Below, piece by piece: positions 9,812 to 18,976 of a stretch of DNA of 64,000 bases. The translations under genes and the position numbers were made by a program. The first letter of the stretch is position 1. Each line of letters begins with the position of its first letter. This DNA is from Cellvibrio sp. Its GTDB lineage: Bacteria > Pseudomonadota > Gammaproteobacteria > Pseudomonadales > Cellvibrionaceae. The stretch spans positions 1,025 to 65,024 of the forward strand of contig DATJLH010000228.1 in assembly GCA_035490615.1 (NCBI GenBank), in the 5' to 3' direction. The notes below the pieces were generated by a model, which was not told the origin of the DNA, made no database searches, and saw nothing but the letters and a program-made list of their open reading frames with translations.

Positions 9812-10381
9812 ATGGAAGCCTTCCTCAGCTCTACCCTTGCCGTTGCCATCGCCGAAATTGGCGATAAGACACAACTCCTGGCCCTGTTCCTCGTCTCCCG
9901 TTATGGCCGCCCCTATATCATCAGCCTGGGCGTACTGATAGCGACTGTGCTTAACCATGCGCTCTCCGCCTGGCTGGGTGCCTGGCTGGCAGATGTGATT
10001 CCCGAGAGTTGGATACCCTGGTTAATCAGCGGCAGTTTTATCCTGGTCGCACTCTGGTTACTGGTACCGGACAAAGAAGAGGATGACATGGGTCGCTTCG
10101 CAAAATATGGCCCTTTTATGGCCACCTGCGTGTTGTTCTTCCTGGCAGAAATTGGTGATAAAACCCAGATTGCGACGGTGATACTGGCCGCGAAATACAG
10201 CGAAACCTTGTGGATGACGGTGGCCGTCATTGCAGGTACAACATTGGGAATGCTGCTGGCCAATGTGCCCGTGATTTTTGCAGGACGCTGGCTGCTGGAA
10301 CGCTTGCCTCTGGACTACGCGCGCAAAGGCGCGTTTGTGTTGTTTGTTGCGCTGGCGGTGATCACCTTCATCAAAGCCTGA
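9812..10381 (+). CDS. TMEM165/GDT1 (UPF0016) family Mn2+/Ca2+ transporter
   Basis: Two EIGDKTQ motifs; the longer ORF from 9674 runs through the riboswitch and is unlikely to be the real start. Confidence 0.9.
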   Translation: MEAFLSSTLAVAIAEIGDKTQLLALFLVSRYGRPYIISLGVLIATVLNHALSAWLGAWLADVIPESWIPWLISGSFILVALWLLVPDKEEDDMGRFAKYGPFMATCVLFFLAEIGDKTQIATVILAAKYSETLWMTVAVIAGTTLGMLLANVPVIFAGRWLLERLPLDYARKGAFVLFVALAVITFIKA

Positions 10382-10455
10382 CGGAGGGCTTTTGAAAGAC
10401 TGACACAGATGGCAGACAATGATGTGCACCAGTGTCTGCCATCCAATATTTCCCT

Positions 10456-10854
10456 TTATGATTTTTCCAGTGCTATGCGGATTTTTTCCGCCGCCTGGGC
10501 AAGGCTTTCCGCATCGGCGTTTTTGGCAAAAGCAAAATTCAGATCGTTCATGGAATCCATCGGTACCAGGTGGATGTGCGTGTGTGGGACTTCCAGTCCC
10601 GCGATCATCAATCCGATGCGCTGCGCGGTGTAAACCCGTTTTAGCGCATTGCCGATACGGTGGCTGACCTGCATCAGGTGATGAGCCAACTCCACCGGCA
10701 GATCGGTCCATTGATCAATTTCGGCCTTCGGGATCACCAACACATGACCGGCACGGATCGGCTGAATGGTCATGATGGCCACGCAATGATCATCGCGCCA
10801 GACAAAGTGCCCTGGTAATTCACCTTGAATAATTCGGGTAAAGATACTTGCCAT
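10456..10854 (-). CDS. HIT family nucleotide hydrolase
   Basis: MASIFTRII, GHVLVIPK, VPHTHIHLVP histidine triad. Confidence 0.92.
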   Translation of the reverse strand: MASIFTRIIQGELPGHFVWRDDHCVAIMTIQPIRAGHVLVIPKAEIDQWTDLPVELAHHLMQVSHRIGNALKRVYTAQRIGLMIAGLEVPHTHIHLVPMDSMNDLNFAFAKNADAESLAQAAEKIRIALEKS

Positions 10855-10869
10855 TACATTTCTCCTTTA

Positions 10870-11706
10870 TCAATAGACGGCGATGCCATAGCGCAACAGT
10901 GCGCGCGCCAGTACCTCATCCAGTTGAGGCAAGTCGTCATCCTTTAACTCAATAAATGGCACCTTGTATTTCTTGTAGAGCGCTTGCTTATCCAGTTGTG
11001 TAGCCAACTCGGAAGCCTGGGCATTCGTCGGCCAATAATCGATACACAATCTGATCTCGGGAAGATAAAAATGACTTTCCAGCGACTCATTGCCCAACGG
11101 CAGCGGGTAATGGTGTGCGTGCACGATACCAGCTACATATAACCAATTATTGATCATCCGTTCAGCCCGATGGTTCACCTGGCGTCCGTCGAGCGTCGGC
11201 AGTGTATCGGCAACCTCGCCGTGCAATTGCGCAACGGCAGTGAGCAACGCCGGATTGTCCAGCAGCGTTTCCGGCCAGGTAACAAACGGAATGCCGGATT
11301 GCTCGCTCTCCTGCTGCTGGCCCCCCAGTTGTTTGCCCATTGGCGTCAGCAGCCAGCCACGAATGTGTTTGGTAATCCAACCGCGCTCGGCCAACAGCAA
11401 ATTGATCAGCCGTGCCGGCAGTTTTAATTTACTGCCGAGGTTGGTGGCGGTGAGCGGTGCTTCCGGCAGCAACATAAACAGCGGATGCTGGTGAATGGAT
11501 TCCGGCCAGGCGATGTACTCGCCATATTTGGGATGGTTGACGTAGATGCCGCCTTCGAATTTTCCTTTTTCGGTGAGCTGCCAGTGGTCGTCAACTTTGA
11601 CAATCCAGCCACCGCCAGTCAGCAGGATAAACAATTCCTTGCTCTCTTTTCCCAGCAACCGCGCCAGTGCTGTAGTCGAGATATGTTTTTCTGTGCGGGC
11701 TGCCAT
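10870..11706 (-). CDS. Hypothetical protein: two wHTH/antirepressor-like repeats plus C-terminal nuclease-like domain
   Basis: Internal repeat (ISTTALARLLG..GW..WQLTEKG...IAWPE / LTATNLGSKL..GW..WLLTPMG...VTWPE); C-terminal TLDG..AERMINNWLY..FYLP..IDYW..K..Y. Confidence 0.6.
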   Translation of the reverse strand: MAARTEKHISTTALARLLGKESKELFILLTGGGWIVKVDDHWQLTEKGKFEGGIYVNHPKYGEYIAWPESIHQHPLFMLLPEAPLTATNLGSKLKLPARLINLLLAERGWITKHIRGWLLTPMGKQLGGQQQESEQSGIPFVTWPETLLDNPALLTAVAQLHGEVADTLPTLDGRQVNHRAERMINNWLYVAGIVHAHHYPLPLGNESLESHFYLPEIRLCIDYWPTNAQASELATQLDKQALYKKYKVPFIELKDDDLPQLDEVLARALLRYGIAVY

Positions 11707-11836
11707 GGTGTAAGTTCCTGTTTATATCGCCCTACGGTTATATGGCTCTATGGCTGATGTAGGCGGAAGCGGCAACCAGTCTAACCCAGCGCCGGGCGGC
11801 TGTGTATAATGCCGGCCTTTTCTGTGGAGTGACACC

Positions 11837-12283
11837 ATGCATATCTGGGTCGATGCAGATGCCTGCCCCAAACCCGTCAAGGAAATTCTGTTTCGTGCGG
11901 CTGTGCGCGCGCAAGTGCCCGTTATTCTGGTGGCAAACCAATACCTCTCCGTCCCGCCCTCCCCGCTTATTCGCGCCGTGCAAGTCAGCAGCGGTTTTGA
12001 TGTGGCGGACAATCATATTGTGCAATCAGCACAGGTGGGCGACCTGGTAATTACCGCCGATATTCCCTTGGCAGCAGAAGCGGTTGCCAAGGGTGTCGCC
12101 GTCATCAACCCGCGCGGCGAACGTTACACACTGGACAATGTACGCCAGCGTCTGAACATGCGCGATTTTATGGAAACCCTGCGCAGCAGCGGTATCCAGT
12201 CCGGTGGACCGGCGCCTTACAGCCAACAGGATAAGCAGGCATTCGCCAATGCACTGGATCGGTTTTTGGCGGCGGCCCGGTAA
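11837..12283 (+). CDS. YaiI/YqxD family protein
   Basis: [39 protein letters not shown]. Confidence 0.9.
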   Translation: MHIWVDADACPKPVKEILFRAAVRAQVPVILVANQYLSVPPSPLIRAVQVSSGFDVADNHIVQSAQVGDLVITADIPLAAEAVAKGVAVINPRGERYTLDNVRQRLNMRDFMETLRSSGIQSGGPAPYSQQDKQAFANALDRFLAAAR

Positions 12284-12801
12284 TTTTTTGTTACAAGGTT
12301 CGCATTCTGCTGGCTTAAAACAGTCGAAGCCCCTATACTTCGCGCACTTTCAGTAAAGCCTCCTTATTGCGAAGATGTCGTTACGGGGTGATGCTGAACA
12401 GACAGGATGTCTGAGGGCTGCCCATGATCTATCGCAGATACATTCCATCGCCGACATGACTGTCGCGGTGTCCCAGCCTGCCAAAAGTGCTACAACCAAT
12501 AACGAGCGAACCGGATTGCTCAATGGTTGTGAGGTGCAATTGCTGATTTCATAGTTTTGATCAGTGCACCAGGGAATCGTTGATTCAAATCGCCGTCACT
12601 GCGCATCGCGCCGGTTTTATTTGTTCGGGCTACATGCCGACACAACCACCAGCGACCAAATCATCGCTCCCGCCTGAACGCATCGGTTTTGTTTACCGGC
12701 GCACACACATTTATCAAAAAATAATAACAATGCGACTCATGGTTTATCGCCAGGTTTTGTGTTGTTGAATTTTTATATTGCTCCTATTGCAAGGTTTACG
12801 C

Positions 12802-14637
12802 ATGTCATCAAACATTTTATTTGCCGATCTCGACCTCTCTGAAAACGTTCAAAAAGCTATTCAAAAAGTGGGCTACGAACAGCCATCACCTATCCAGTTA
12901 GCCGCCATTCCCATTCTCCTGGCTGGTGGCGATATTATTGGTATGGCACAGACAGGTACCGGTAAAACTGCAGCCTTCGCGCTGCCGCTCTTGTCACGCA
13001 TCGATATTAAACAGGCCGACCCACAAATTCTCGTGTTGGCCCCGACACGCGAACTGGCCATTCAGGTAGCAGAAGCCTTCCAGAAATACGCCAGCGAAAT
13101 TCCCGGATTCCACGTACTGCCCATTTATGGCGGCCAGGACATGAGCAGCCAATTGCGCCAGCTCAAGCGCGGTGCACACGTTGTTGTGGGCACGCCCGGT
13201 CGCGTTATGGATCACCTGCGTCGCGGCAGCCTGAATTTAAATAACCTGAAAAGCCTGGTGCTCGATGAAGCGGACGAAATGCTGCGCATGGGCTTTATTG
13301 ATGACGTTGAGTGGATTCTGGAGCACACACCCAAAAGCCGTCAGACTGCCCTCTTCTCAGCCACCATGCCCCGTGAAATTCGTCGCGTAGCCAACAGCTA
13401 CCTGAACGAAGCCCAGGAAATCAGCATTCAAAGCAATACTTCAACTGGCGATAACATTGAGCAAGTGTATTGGATGGTCAGCGGCACCAATAAACTGGAT
13501 GCCTTGACACGTATTCTCGAAGTTGAACCTTTCGACGGCATGATTATTTTTGTGCGCACCAAAACCGCCACCGTCGAACTGGCCGAAAAACTGGAAGCGC
13601 GCGGCTATTCTGCATCTGCGCTTAACGGCGACATGAATCAGCAATTACGTGAGCGCACCATTGAGCGTTTGAAGTCCGGCAAGCTGGACATTGTTATTGC
13701 AACGGATGTCGCTGCGCGCGGTATTGACGTAGAGCGCGTAAGCCACGTAGTGAACTACGATATTCCCTATGACAGTGAAGCCTATGTACACCGTATCGGT
13801 CGTACCGGTCGCGCTGGCCGTACCGGTAAAGCTATCCTGTTTGTGGCCCCGCGTGAAAAACGCTTGCTCTACACCATTGAAAAAGCAACCCGCAAACCCA
13901 TCACGCTGATGGAATTGCCCAGCGGCGCGACGGTTACCCGTCACCGTATTGATCAGTTCACCCAACAAATTACGACCACCCTGACTGAACAAACGGATCT
14001 GTCTTTCTTTAATGATTTGCTGGCTGAATACAGCCACAAGCACGATGTATCACCGGAAGAAATTGCTTCTGCCCTGGCGTTCCTGTTGCAAAAAGAACGC
14101 CCGCTGCAAGTGAAATTTACCGATGTGAAGGCCGACCGCAGCCCGCGTGAAGATCGCGAGCGCGCTCCGCGTGGTGATCGTAGTGAGCGCGGTGAGAGAA
14201 GCGAACGCGGTGGCCGTGAACGTCGTGAACACGGCAATGATGAAAATATGCAGCGGTATCGCATTGAAGTAGGTCGTAACCACGAAGCACGCCCCGGGGA
14301 TATCGTCGGCGCGATTGCCAATGAAGCCGGCATTTCCAGCAGCAATATCGGCCACATTAAGTTGTTCGATGAATTCTCCACCGTCGATCTTCCGAAAGGT
14401 TTAGCGCAGGATGTGCTAAATCAACTGAAGAAAGTCCGGGTGCGCAATCGCCCTCTGGAGATCAGCGTTGACCATGGCGGTCAAGGCAAGCGCGACTCAG
14501 GCGAGAAACGTAGTTTTTCTGATCGCCCGAAGCGTGATAGCGATGCACCACGCGGCAAGCTCAGCCTGGGCGCCAAACCCAAGGTGCGCGATCGGGATCA
14601 GAAAAATAAAGGTTACCGTGGAAAGAAATCGGATTAA
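12802..14637 (+). CDS. deaD: DEAD-box RNA helicase DeaD/CsdA
   Basis: AQTGTGKT, DEADEML, SAT, HRIGRTGRAG; C-terminal DbpA RNA-binding domain (YRIEVGRNH...IANEAG). Confidence 0.93.
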   Translation: MSSNILFADLDLSENVQKAIQKVGYEQPSPIQLAAIPILLAGGDIIGMAQTGTGKTAAFALPLLSRIDIKQADPQILVLAPTRELAIQVAEAFQKYASEIPGFHVLPIYGGQDMSSQLRQLKRGAHVVVGTPGRVMDHLRRGSLNLNNLKSLVLDEADEMLRMGFIDDVEWILEHTPKSRQTALFSATMPREIRRVANSYLNEAQEISIQSNTSTGDNIEQVYWMVSGTNKLDALTRILEVEPFDGMIIFVRTKTATVELAEKLEARGYSASALNGDMNQQLRERTIERLKSGKLDIVIATDVAARGIDVERVSHVVNYDIPYDSEAYVHRIGRTGRAGRTGKAILFVAPREKRLLYTIEKATRKPITLMELPSGATVTRHRIDQFTQQITTTLTEQTDLSFFNDLLAEYSHKHDVSPEEIASALAFLLQKERPLQVKFTDVKADRSPREDRERAPRGDRSERGERSERGGRERREHGNDENMQRYRIEVGRNHEARPGDIVGAIANEAGISSSNIGHIKLFDEFSTVDLPKGLAQDVLNQLKKVRVRNRPLEISVDHGGQGKRDSGEKRSFSDRPKRDSDAPRGKLSLGAKPKVRDRDQKNKGYRGKKSD

Positions 14638-14649
14638 TTGATTTTCTGT

Positions 14650-14685
14650 GTCGGATTAGGGCGCGTTGCGCCTAATCCGACCTAC
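14650..14685 (-). repeat. REP element (GTAG type)
   Basis: GTAG-GTCGGATTAGG-cgcaacgcg-CCCTAATCCGAC on minus strand. Confidence 0.85.
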
Positions 14686-14715
14686 GTTGGGTAAATCAAG
14701 CGGAAGTTCAATCCA

Positions 14716-15423
14716 TCAACGCTTGGCTCTGATGCCTTGATTAACCCGCTCCATCATCAATTCCCCTTCTGTTTTACCACCTGTACAACGGGTGAAGTAC
14801 CAATCATTCGCGCGTGTCACATTGTCATGATCTGCATTGCTCGATAAACAACGCTCTTCATCCAACATCACCACGGTTTCACCGTGAATCGTCGTAGTAT
14901 CATTTGAGGTAAACACCCTACCCGTTCGCTGATTGCGCGCGGCATTAAGCCTTTCGCGTAGGCGAGGATCAAACACATTATCCGCCTGGGAATGGCTTAC
15001 AGGAGGCGCTATATCATCCTCGGTTAATCGATAACGATCAGGCATTGTGGATGAACGCTGAATAACGGTTTGCAGATTTTCTGGTGGTGATATGTTATCG
15101 GGAACATGAGCGACTGGCGTTATCGACTCAAGGGTTTTCTGTTCCGGCTCTGATGGTTGCGTTATAGACGGCGTGTCAGGGATGACCGGATCAGTCGGTT
15201 CGACAGGTTTTGTTGCAGCAATAAGACTAATGCGCAACGGCGAGCTTTTCGGTACGGACAGCTGAACAGGATTCGTCGGTGCAGTTGCATACCACGCTAA
15301 TGCAACAAAATGGAAAACCAACGACAGGAACAACGCAATAAAAACCAGGCGGGGTGACGATAAGCGCGTGCGCCGCTCAGCCAGCAAGGCCGCCACATCC
15401 TCCCCATAATAGATCCCTGCCAT
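14716..15423 (-). CDS. Hypothetical single-pass membrane protein with TonB-like N-terminus
   Basis: TM helix with LSLVFH (SxxxH), Pro/Glu/Thr-rich linker, small C-terminal domain with 2 Cys. Confidence 0.55.
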   Translation of the reverse strand: MAGIYYGEDVAALLAERRTRLSSPRLVFIALFLSLVFHFVALAWYATAPTNPVQLSVPKSSPLRISLIAATKPVEPTDPVIPDTPSITQPSEPEQKTLESITPVAHVPDNISPPENLQTVIQRSSTMPDRYRLTEDDIAPPVSHSQADNVFDPRLRERLNAARNQRTGRVFTSNDTTTIHGETVVMLDEERCLSSNADHDNVTRANDWYFTRCTGGKTEGELMMERVNQGIRAKR

Positions 15424-15501
15424 ACCCCTGCCTTTCAGCATCATCAATAGCAGGGATAGACCGCCCACCCCGGAACTAGTTCGAGGGCGGGTTAAAAAAC
15501 G

Positions 15502-15789
15502 CTACTCATCAAACATCTGAATCATGTAACCGGATTTAACCGCCTCGCCCATGGCTTTATCGGCAGCGACCACACGTTCATCTTTGACGAGGTGACTCGG
15601 AACCAGCTTGCGTTTTTCGATTTCAATGTCCGTAAAACCGGCGCGCATCAAATAGACTTTGCACAACTGCTCCGCGCCGAACAGGTCAATAAAATTGATA
15701 TACACAATGAAGGGTACCCGTTGACCTTCCTTCAGATGTTCGCGGGCTTTTTTGGCAGTGGCATTTACCGAAAAGATATACATACTCAA
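15502..15789 (-). CDS. Hypothetical protein
   Basis: 95 aa ORF with RBS-like GGGGGA upstream, co-oriented downstream of rapA. Confidence 0.6.
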   Translation of the reverse strand: MSMYIFSVNATAKKAREHLKEGQRVPFIVYINFIDLFGAEQLCKVYLMRAGFTDIEIEKRKLVPSHLVKDERVVAADKAMGEAVKSGYMIQMFDE

Positions 15790-15797
15790 GTCCCCCT

Positions 15798-15876
15798 GTA
15801 GGTCGGATTAGCGTAAGCGTAATCCGACAAATATTTTAATTCAGTGTCGGATTACGCTTAGGCTAATCCGACCTAC
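15798..15876. repeat. REP doublet (inverted pair, REPIN/BIME-like)
   Basis: GTAGGTCGGATTAGCGTAAGCGTAATCCGAC (15798-15828) and the inverted copy GTCGGATTACGCTTAGGCTAATCCGACCTAC (15846-15876). Confidence 0.88.
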
Positions 15877-15890
15877 GGTGGCCGCAGCTG

Positions 15891-18827
15891 CTAAACAATC
15901 ATGATGACGCGCAGTGCATCCAGGCGCAGCTTGGCTTGCGCCAAGTAATGCTGGCTGGCGGCCAGGCGTTGTTGCACATAGTCGATCTCTGATTGACGCA
16001 CATTCGGATTAACTTGCATCAAAGCCTTCATCCGTTCCAGTTCGTTGTTCAGCTGTTCACTCACTTGCGCTTGTGCGGCAGCGATGAGCTCTGCTTGCTT
16101 CGGCCGTGTTTTTTCTTCCGCTTGCTGCAACATGGTAGCTAGCATAGGGCGCGCCTGGCGTACCACTTCCTGCGCGTTATTGCGCGGTACTTTTTGCAGG
16201 AGCTTGCCCATTTGATCAATACCCAGCACAGCGCTGAGATCCTTGCCATTACTGTCGAGCAGCACGCGTATTAATGAGTGTGGCATATAGCGAAATAACT
16301 GCAATTCGGCAGGTGCCGGACAATGTAAGACGAACAGGGCTTCGAGCATCACAGTACCCGGTTTCAGCGGCGGCAGCTTTAAGGTGCAAAATGCGGTATT
16401 GCCGAATTCGCTAAGGGCAACCAGTTCCTGGGCCCCACGCACCAGTGGATGTTCCCAGGTTAAAAATTGCATATCCTCTCGGGACAGTGCCTGCTGACGC
16501 TGAAAGGTGACTGTCACGCCATCTTCCGGCAGCCCGGGAAAATGCGGTACACGCATGTGATCGCTGGGATGCAACACCAGGCTGTGTTCGCCGTGCCGCT
16601 CGGAATCCACGCCAAAGGCCTCAAAGATATCCTCCAGATAATCCATCAACTGCGGATCATCATCCCGCTCGGCCAAATGCTGCACCAGGGCTGAAGCCTG
16701 CGCTGGCTTACAGGAATTGAGTTCCAGCAAACGGTCACGCCCCTGTTGCAGTTGCAAGCGAAGGCTCTCCGCAAATTGATTGACCTCTTTTAACAATTGT
16801 TCAAAAGGCGTTGCGTCGTGTTGCACCAGGGCTGGTAATAAAGCCTCACCAAAACGCTGCATGACCGCCTGACCAATGGCACAGGTTTTTTCAAATGCAT
16901 TCAAGCCCTGGTGATACCACTGCAATAACCGTTGCTGTGCAGTACGTTCATAGTAAGGCACATGGATATTCACATCCTGTGTCTGGCCAATCCGATCCAG
17001 ACGGCCGATGCGCTGCTCTAATAAATCCGGGTTTAAGGGCAAATCAAACATCACCAGATGATGTGCGAATTGAAAGTTGCGCCCTTCACTTCCAATCTCC
17101 GAGCAAATCAACACCTGGGCCCCCTCTTCCAGATCGGCAAAATAAGCCGCCGCACGATCTCGCTCAATCAGACTCAATCCTTCGTGGAATACTGCGGACA
17201 AAACGCCTTTGCGTAGACGCAGGAATTCCTCCACTGTTTGCGCTGTATCGGCATCCGCACAAATCACCAGCACTTTCTGTCGACGGTTTTGTTTTAACCA
17301 GTCACTCAACCATTCCACGCGCGGATCTTGCAGCCACCAATCCTGTGTTGCCTCTTTTTGCCAGAACTGCTCCGCACGAACTTGTTGCGCCAAGGGTAGT
17401 TGTTCAAACAGGTTGTGCAGATGTTCGGGTAACGGCAGCGGATGCTCATGCAATTTTCGCTCGGGAAATCCACTGACCGATGCCCGCGTATTGCGGAATA
17501 GCACCCGCCCGGTGCCGTGGCGATCCAGTAAATCGTTGATGGTATGGTCGATAGCAAGGGCGCGATTCTCTGTTGCACCCTGACGCAAGATCATTATTTT
17601 TTCCGGTGGTAAAAAGGATTCCAGCTCATGCAGCGCATCATCCGGAACATCCGTGCCGTTTTGTTTGGCACTTAACAAGGCTTGTACGAGATGATTTAAC
17701 GGCTGGTACGCCTGTTGTTCTGCCTTGAATTTTTCCAGATCGTAGTAACGATCCGGATCAAGCAGCCGCAAACGCGCAAAGTGGCTTTCCAAACCCAATT
17801 GTTCCGGTGTCGCTGTCAGCAGTAATAAACCCTTGGCCACGCGCGCCAAGCCTTCTATACAGCGATATTCCTGACTGGGATTCGCTTCGCTCCACAACAA
17901 GTGATGCGCTTCATCCACCAACAATAAATCCCATTGGCAAGCTAACGCCTGCTCATAGCGCTGTGGATGTTGTGTCAGGAAATCAAGCGAGCAGAGAATG
18001 AATTGCGCGGTCTCAAAGGGATTGTCGGCGTTGTTCGCTGAGGAATCGTCATCTTCATCGCGGAAGTCATCGACATAATCCACAGAAATTTCATCGCTGT
18101 CCAAACCGGTCAGCGCCTGGCAGCGTGCTTCATCCAGCAATGTAAACGCCAGGTTAAACCGGCGCAGCATTTCCACCAGCCATTGATGTTGCAAACTGGT
18201 GGGCACCACAATCAGCGCACGTTGCACGCGACCGCTAATCAGTTGTTGATGTAACACCAAACCGGCTTCGATGGTTTTGCCGAGACCCACTTCATCCGCG
18301 AGCAACACACGCGGTGCGTGGCGTGCGGCAACTTCGCCGGCGATATACAACTGATGCGGCAATAACTGCACACGCGGCCCTGCCAATCCATACACCGGCG
18401 ATTGTTGATGTTTGTGTAAAAAATTCAATGTGTGATAACGCAGGGAAAAGTGCGTGTGTTTATCAATTTGTCCGGCAAACAAACGGTCGCGCGGTGTACT
18501 GAACTGCACAAAACTGTCGAGCTCGAATTCGGGAATAGCCAACTCGGTTTTGTCGGCGGTTAATCCGTAATACAACAAACACCCTTGCTGCTCAACGACA
18601 CGGGTGATGTGGATACTGACACCATCATGGCGACGGACTTTTTCACCCACCTGATAAACCACACGACTGACTGGCGCATTATCCATAGCGTAGGTGCGAC
18701 GTTCACCGGCAGCGGGAAAGCTCAGGGTCAAACGCCGATTGGCAATATCCAGCACAATACCCAAACCCAATTCAGCTTCTGATTCGCTGATCCAACGTTG
18801 CCCGATTACATATTGCACTTTACTCAC
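15891..18827 (-). CDS. rapA: RNA polymerase-associated SWI2/SNF2 ATPase RapA
   Basis: GQRWISESEAELGLG, LADEVGLGKT, DEAHH, LEQRIGRLDRIGQ; 978 aa. Confidence 0.95.
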   Translation of the reverse strand: MSKVQYVIGQRWISESEAELGLGIVLDIANRRLTLSFPAAGERRTYAMDNAPVSRVVYQVGEKVRRHDGVSIHITRVVEQQGCLLYYGLTADKTELAIPEFELDSFVQFSTPRDRLFAGQIDKHTHFSLRYHTLNFLHKHQQSPVYGLAGPRVQLLPHQLYIAGEVAARHAPRVLLADEVGLGKTIEAGLVLHQQLISGRVQRALIVVPTSLQHQWLVEMLRRFNLAFTLLDEARCQALTGLDSDEISVDYVDDFRDEDDDSSANNADNPFETAQFILCSLDFLTQHPQRYEQALACQWDLLLVDEAHHLLWSEANPSQEYRCIEGLARVAKGLLLLTATPEQLGLESHFARLRLLDPDRYYDLEKFKAEQQAYQPLNHLVQALLSAKQNGTDVPDDALHELESFLPPEKIMILRQGATENRALAIDHTINDLLDRHGTGRVLFRNTRASVSGFPERKLHEHPLPLPEHLHNLFEQLPLAQQVRAEQFWQKEATQDWWLQDPRVEWLSDWLKQNRRQKVLVICADADTAQTVEEFLRLRKGVLSAVFHEGLSLIERDRAAAYFADLEEGAQVLICSEIGSEGRNFQFAHHLVMFDLPLNPDLLEQRIGRLDRIGQTQDVNIHVPYYERTAQQRLLQWYHQGLNAFEKTCAIGQAVMQRFGEALLPALVQHDATPFEQLLKEVNQFAESLRLQLQQGRDRLLELNSCKPAQASALVQHLAERDDDPQLMDYLEDIFEAFGVDSERHGEHSLVLHPSDHMRVPHFPGLPEDGVTVTFQRQQALSREDMQFLTWEHPLVRGAQELVALSEFGNTAFCTLKLPPLKPGTVMLEALFVLHCPAPAELQLFRYMPHSLIRVLLDSNGKDLSAVLGIDQMGKLLQKVPRNNAQEVVRQARPMLATMLQQAEEKTRPKQAELIAAAQAQVSEQLNNELERMKALMQVNPNVRQSEIDYVQQRLAASQHYLAQAKLRLDALRVIMIV

Positions 18828-18976
18828 ACGCGCCTCTTAACTCTGCGATTTATTTACAAAGGCGCGCATGATACTGGTTTCGCGCCGATAAACCAAAGTC
18901 GGTGTGCTGCACGGCAAGATTCGCTAGAATGGCCGCCATCCGCTGTTTAATCCCTGACGTCGATTAAGGATGTACC

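Noticed and set aside
14137-14232. Arg/Glu/Gly repeats in deaD
   Set aside because: Ordinary low-complexity linker of DeaD-family helicases
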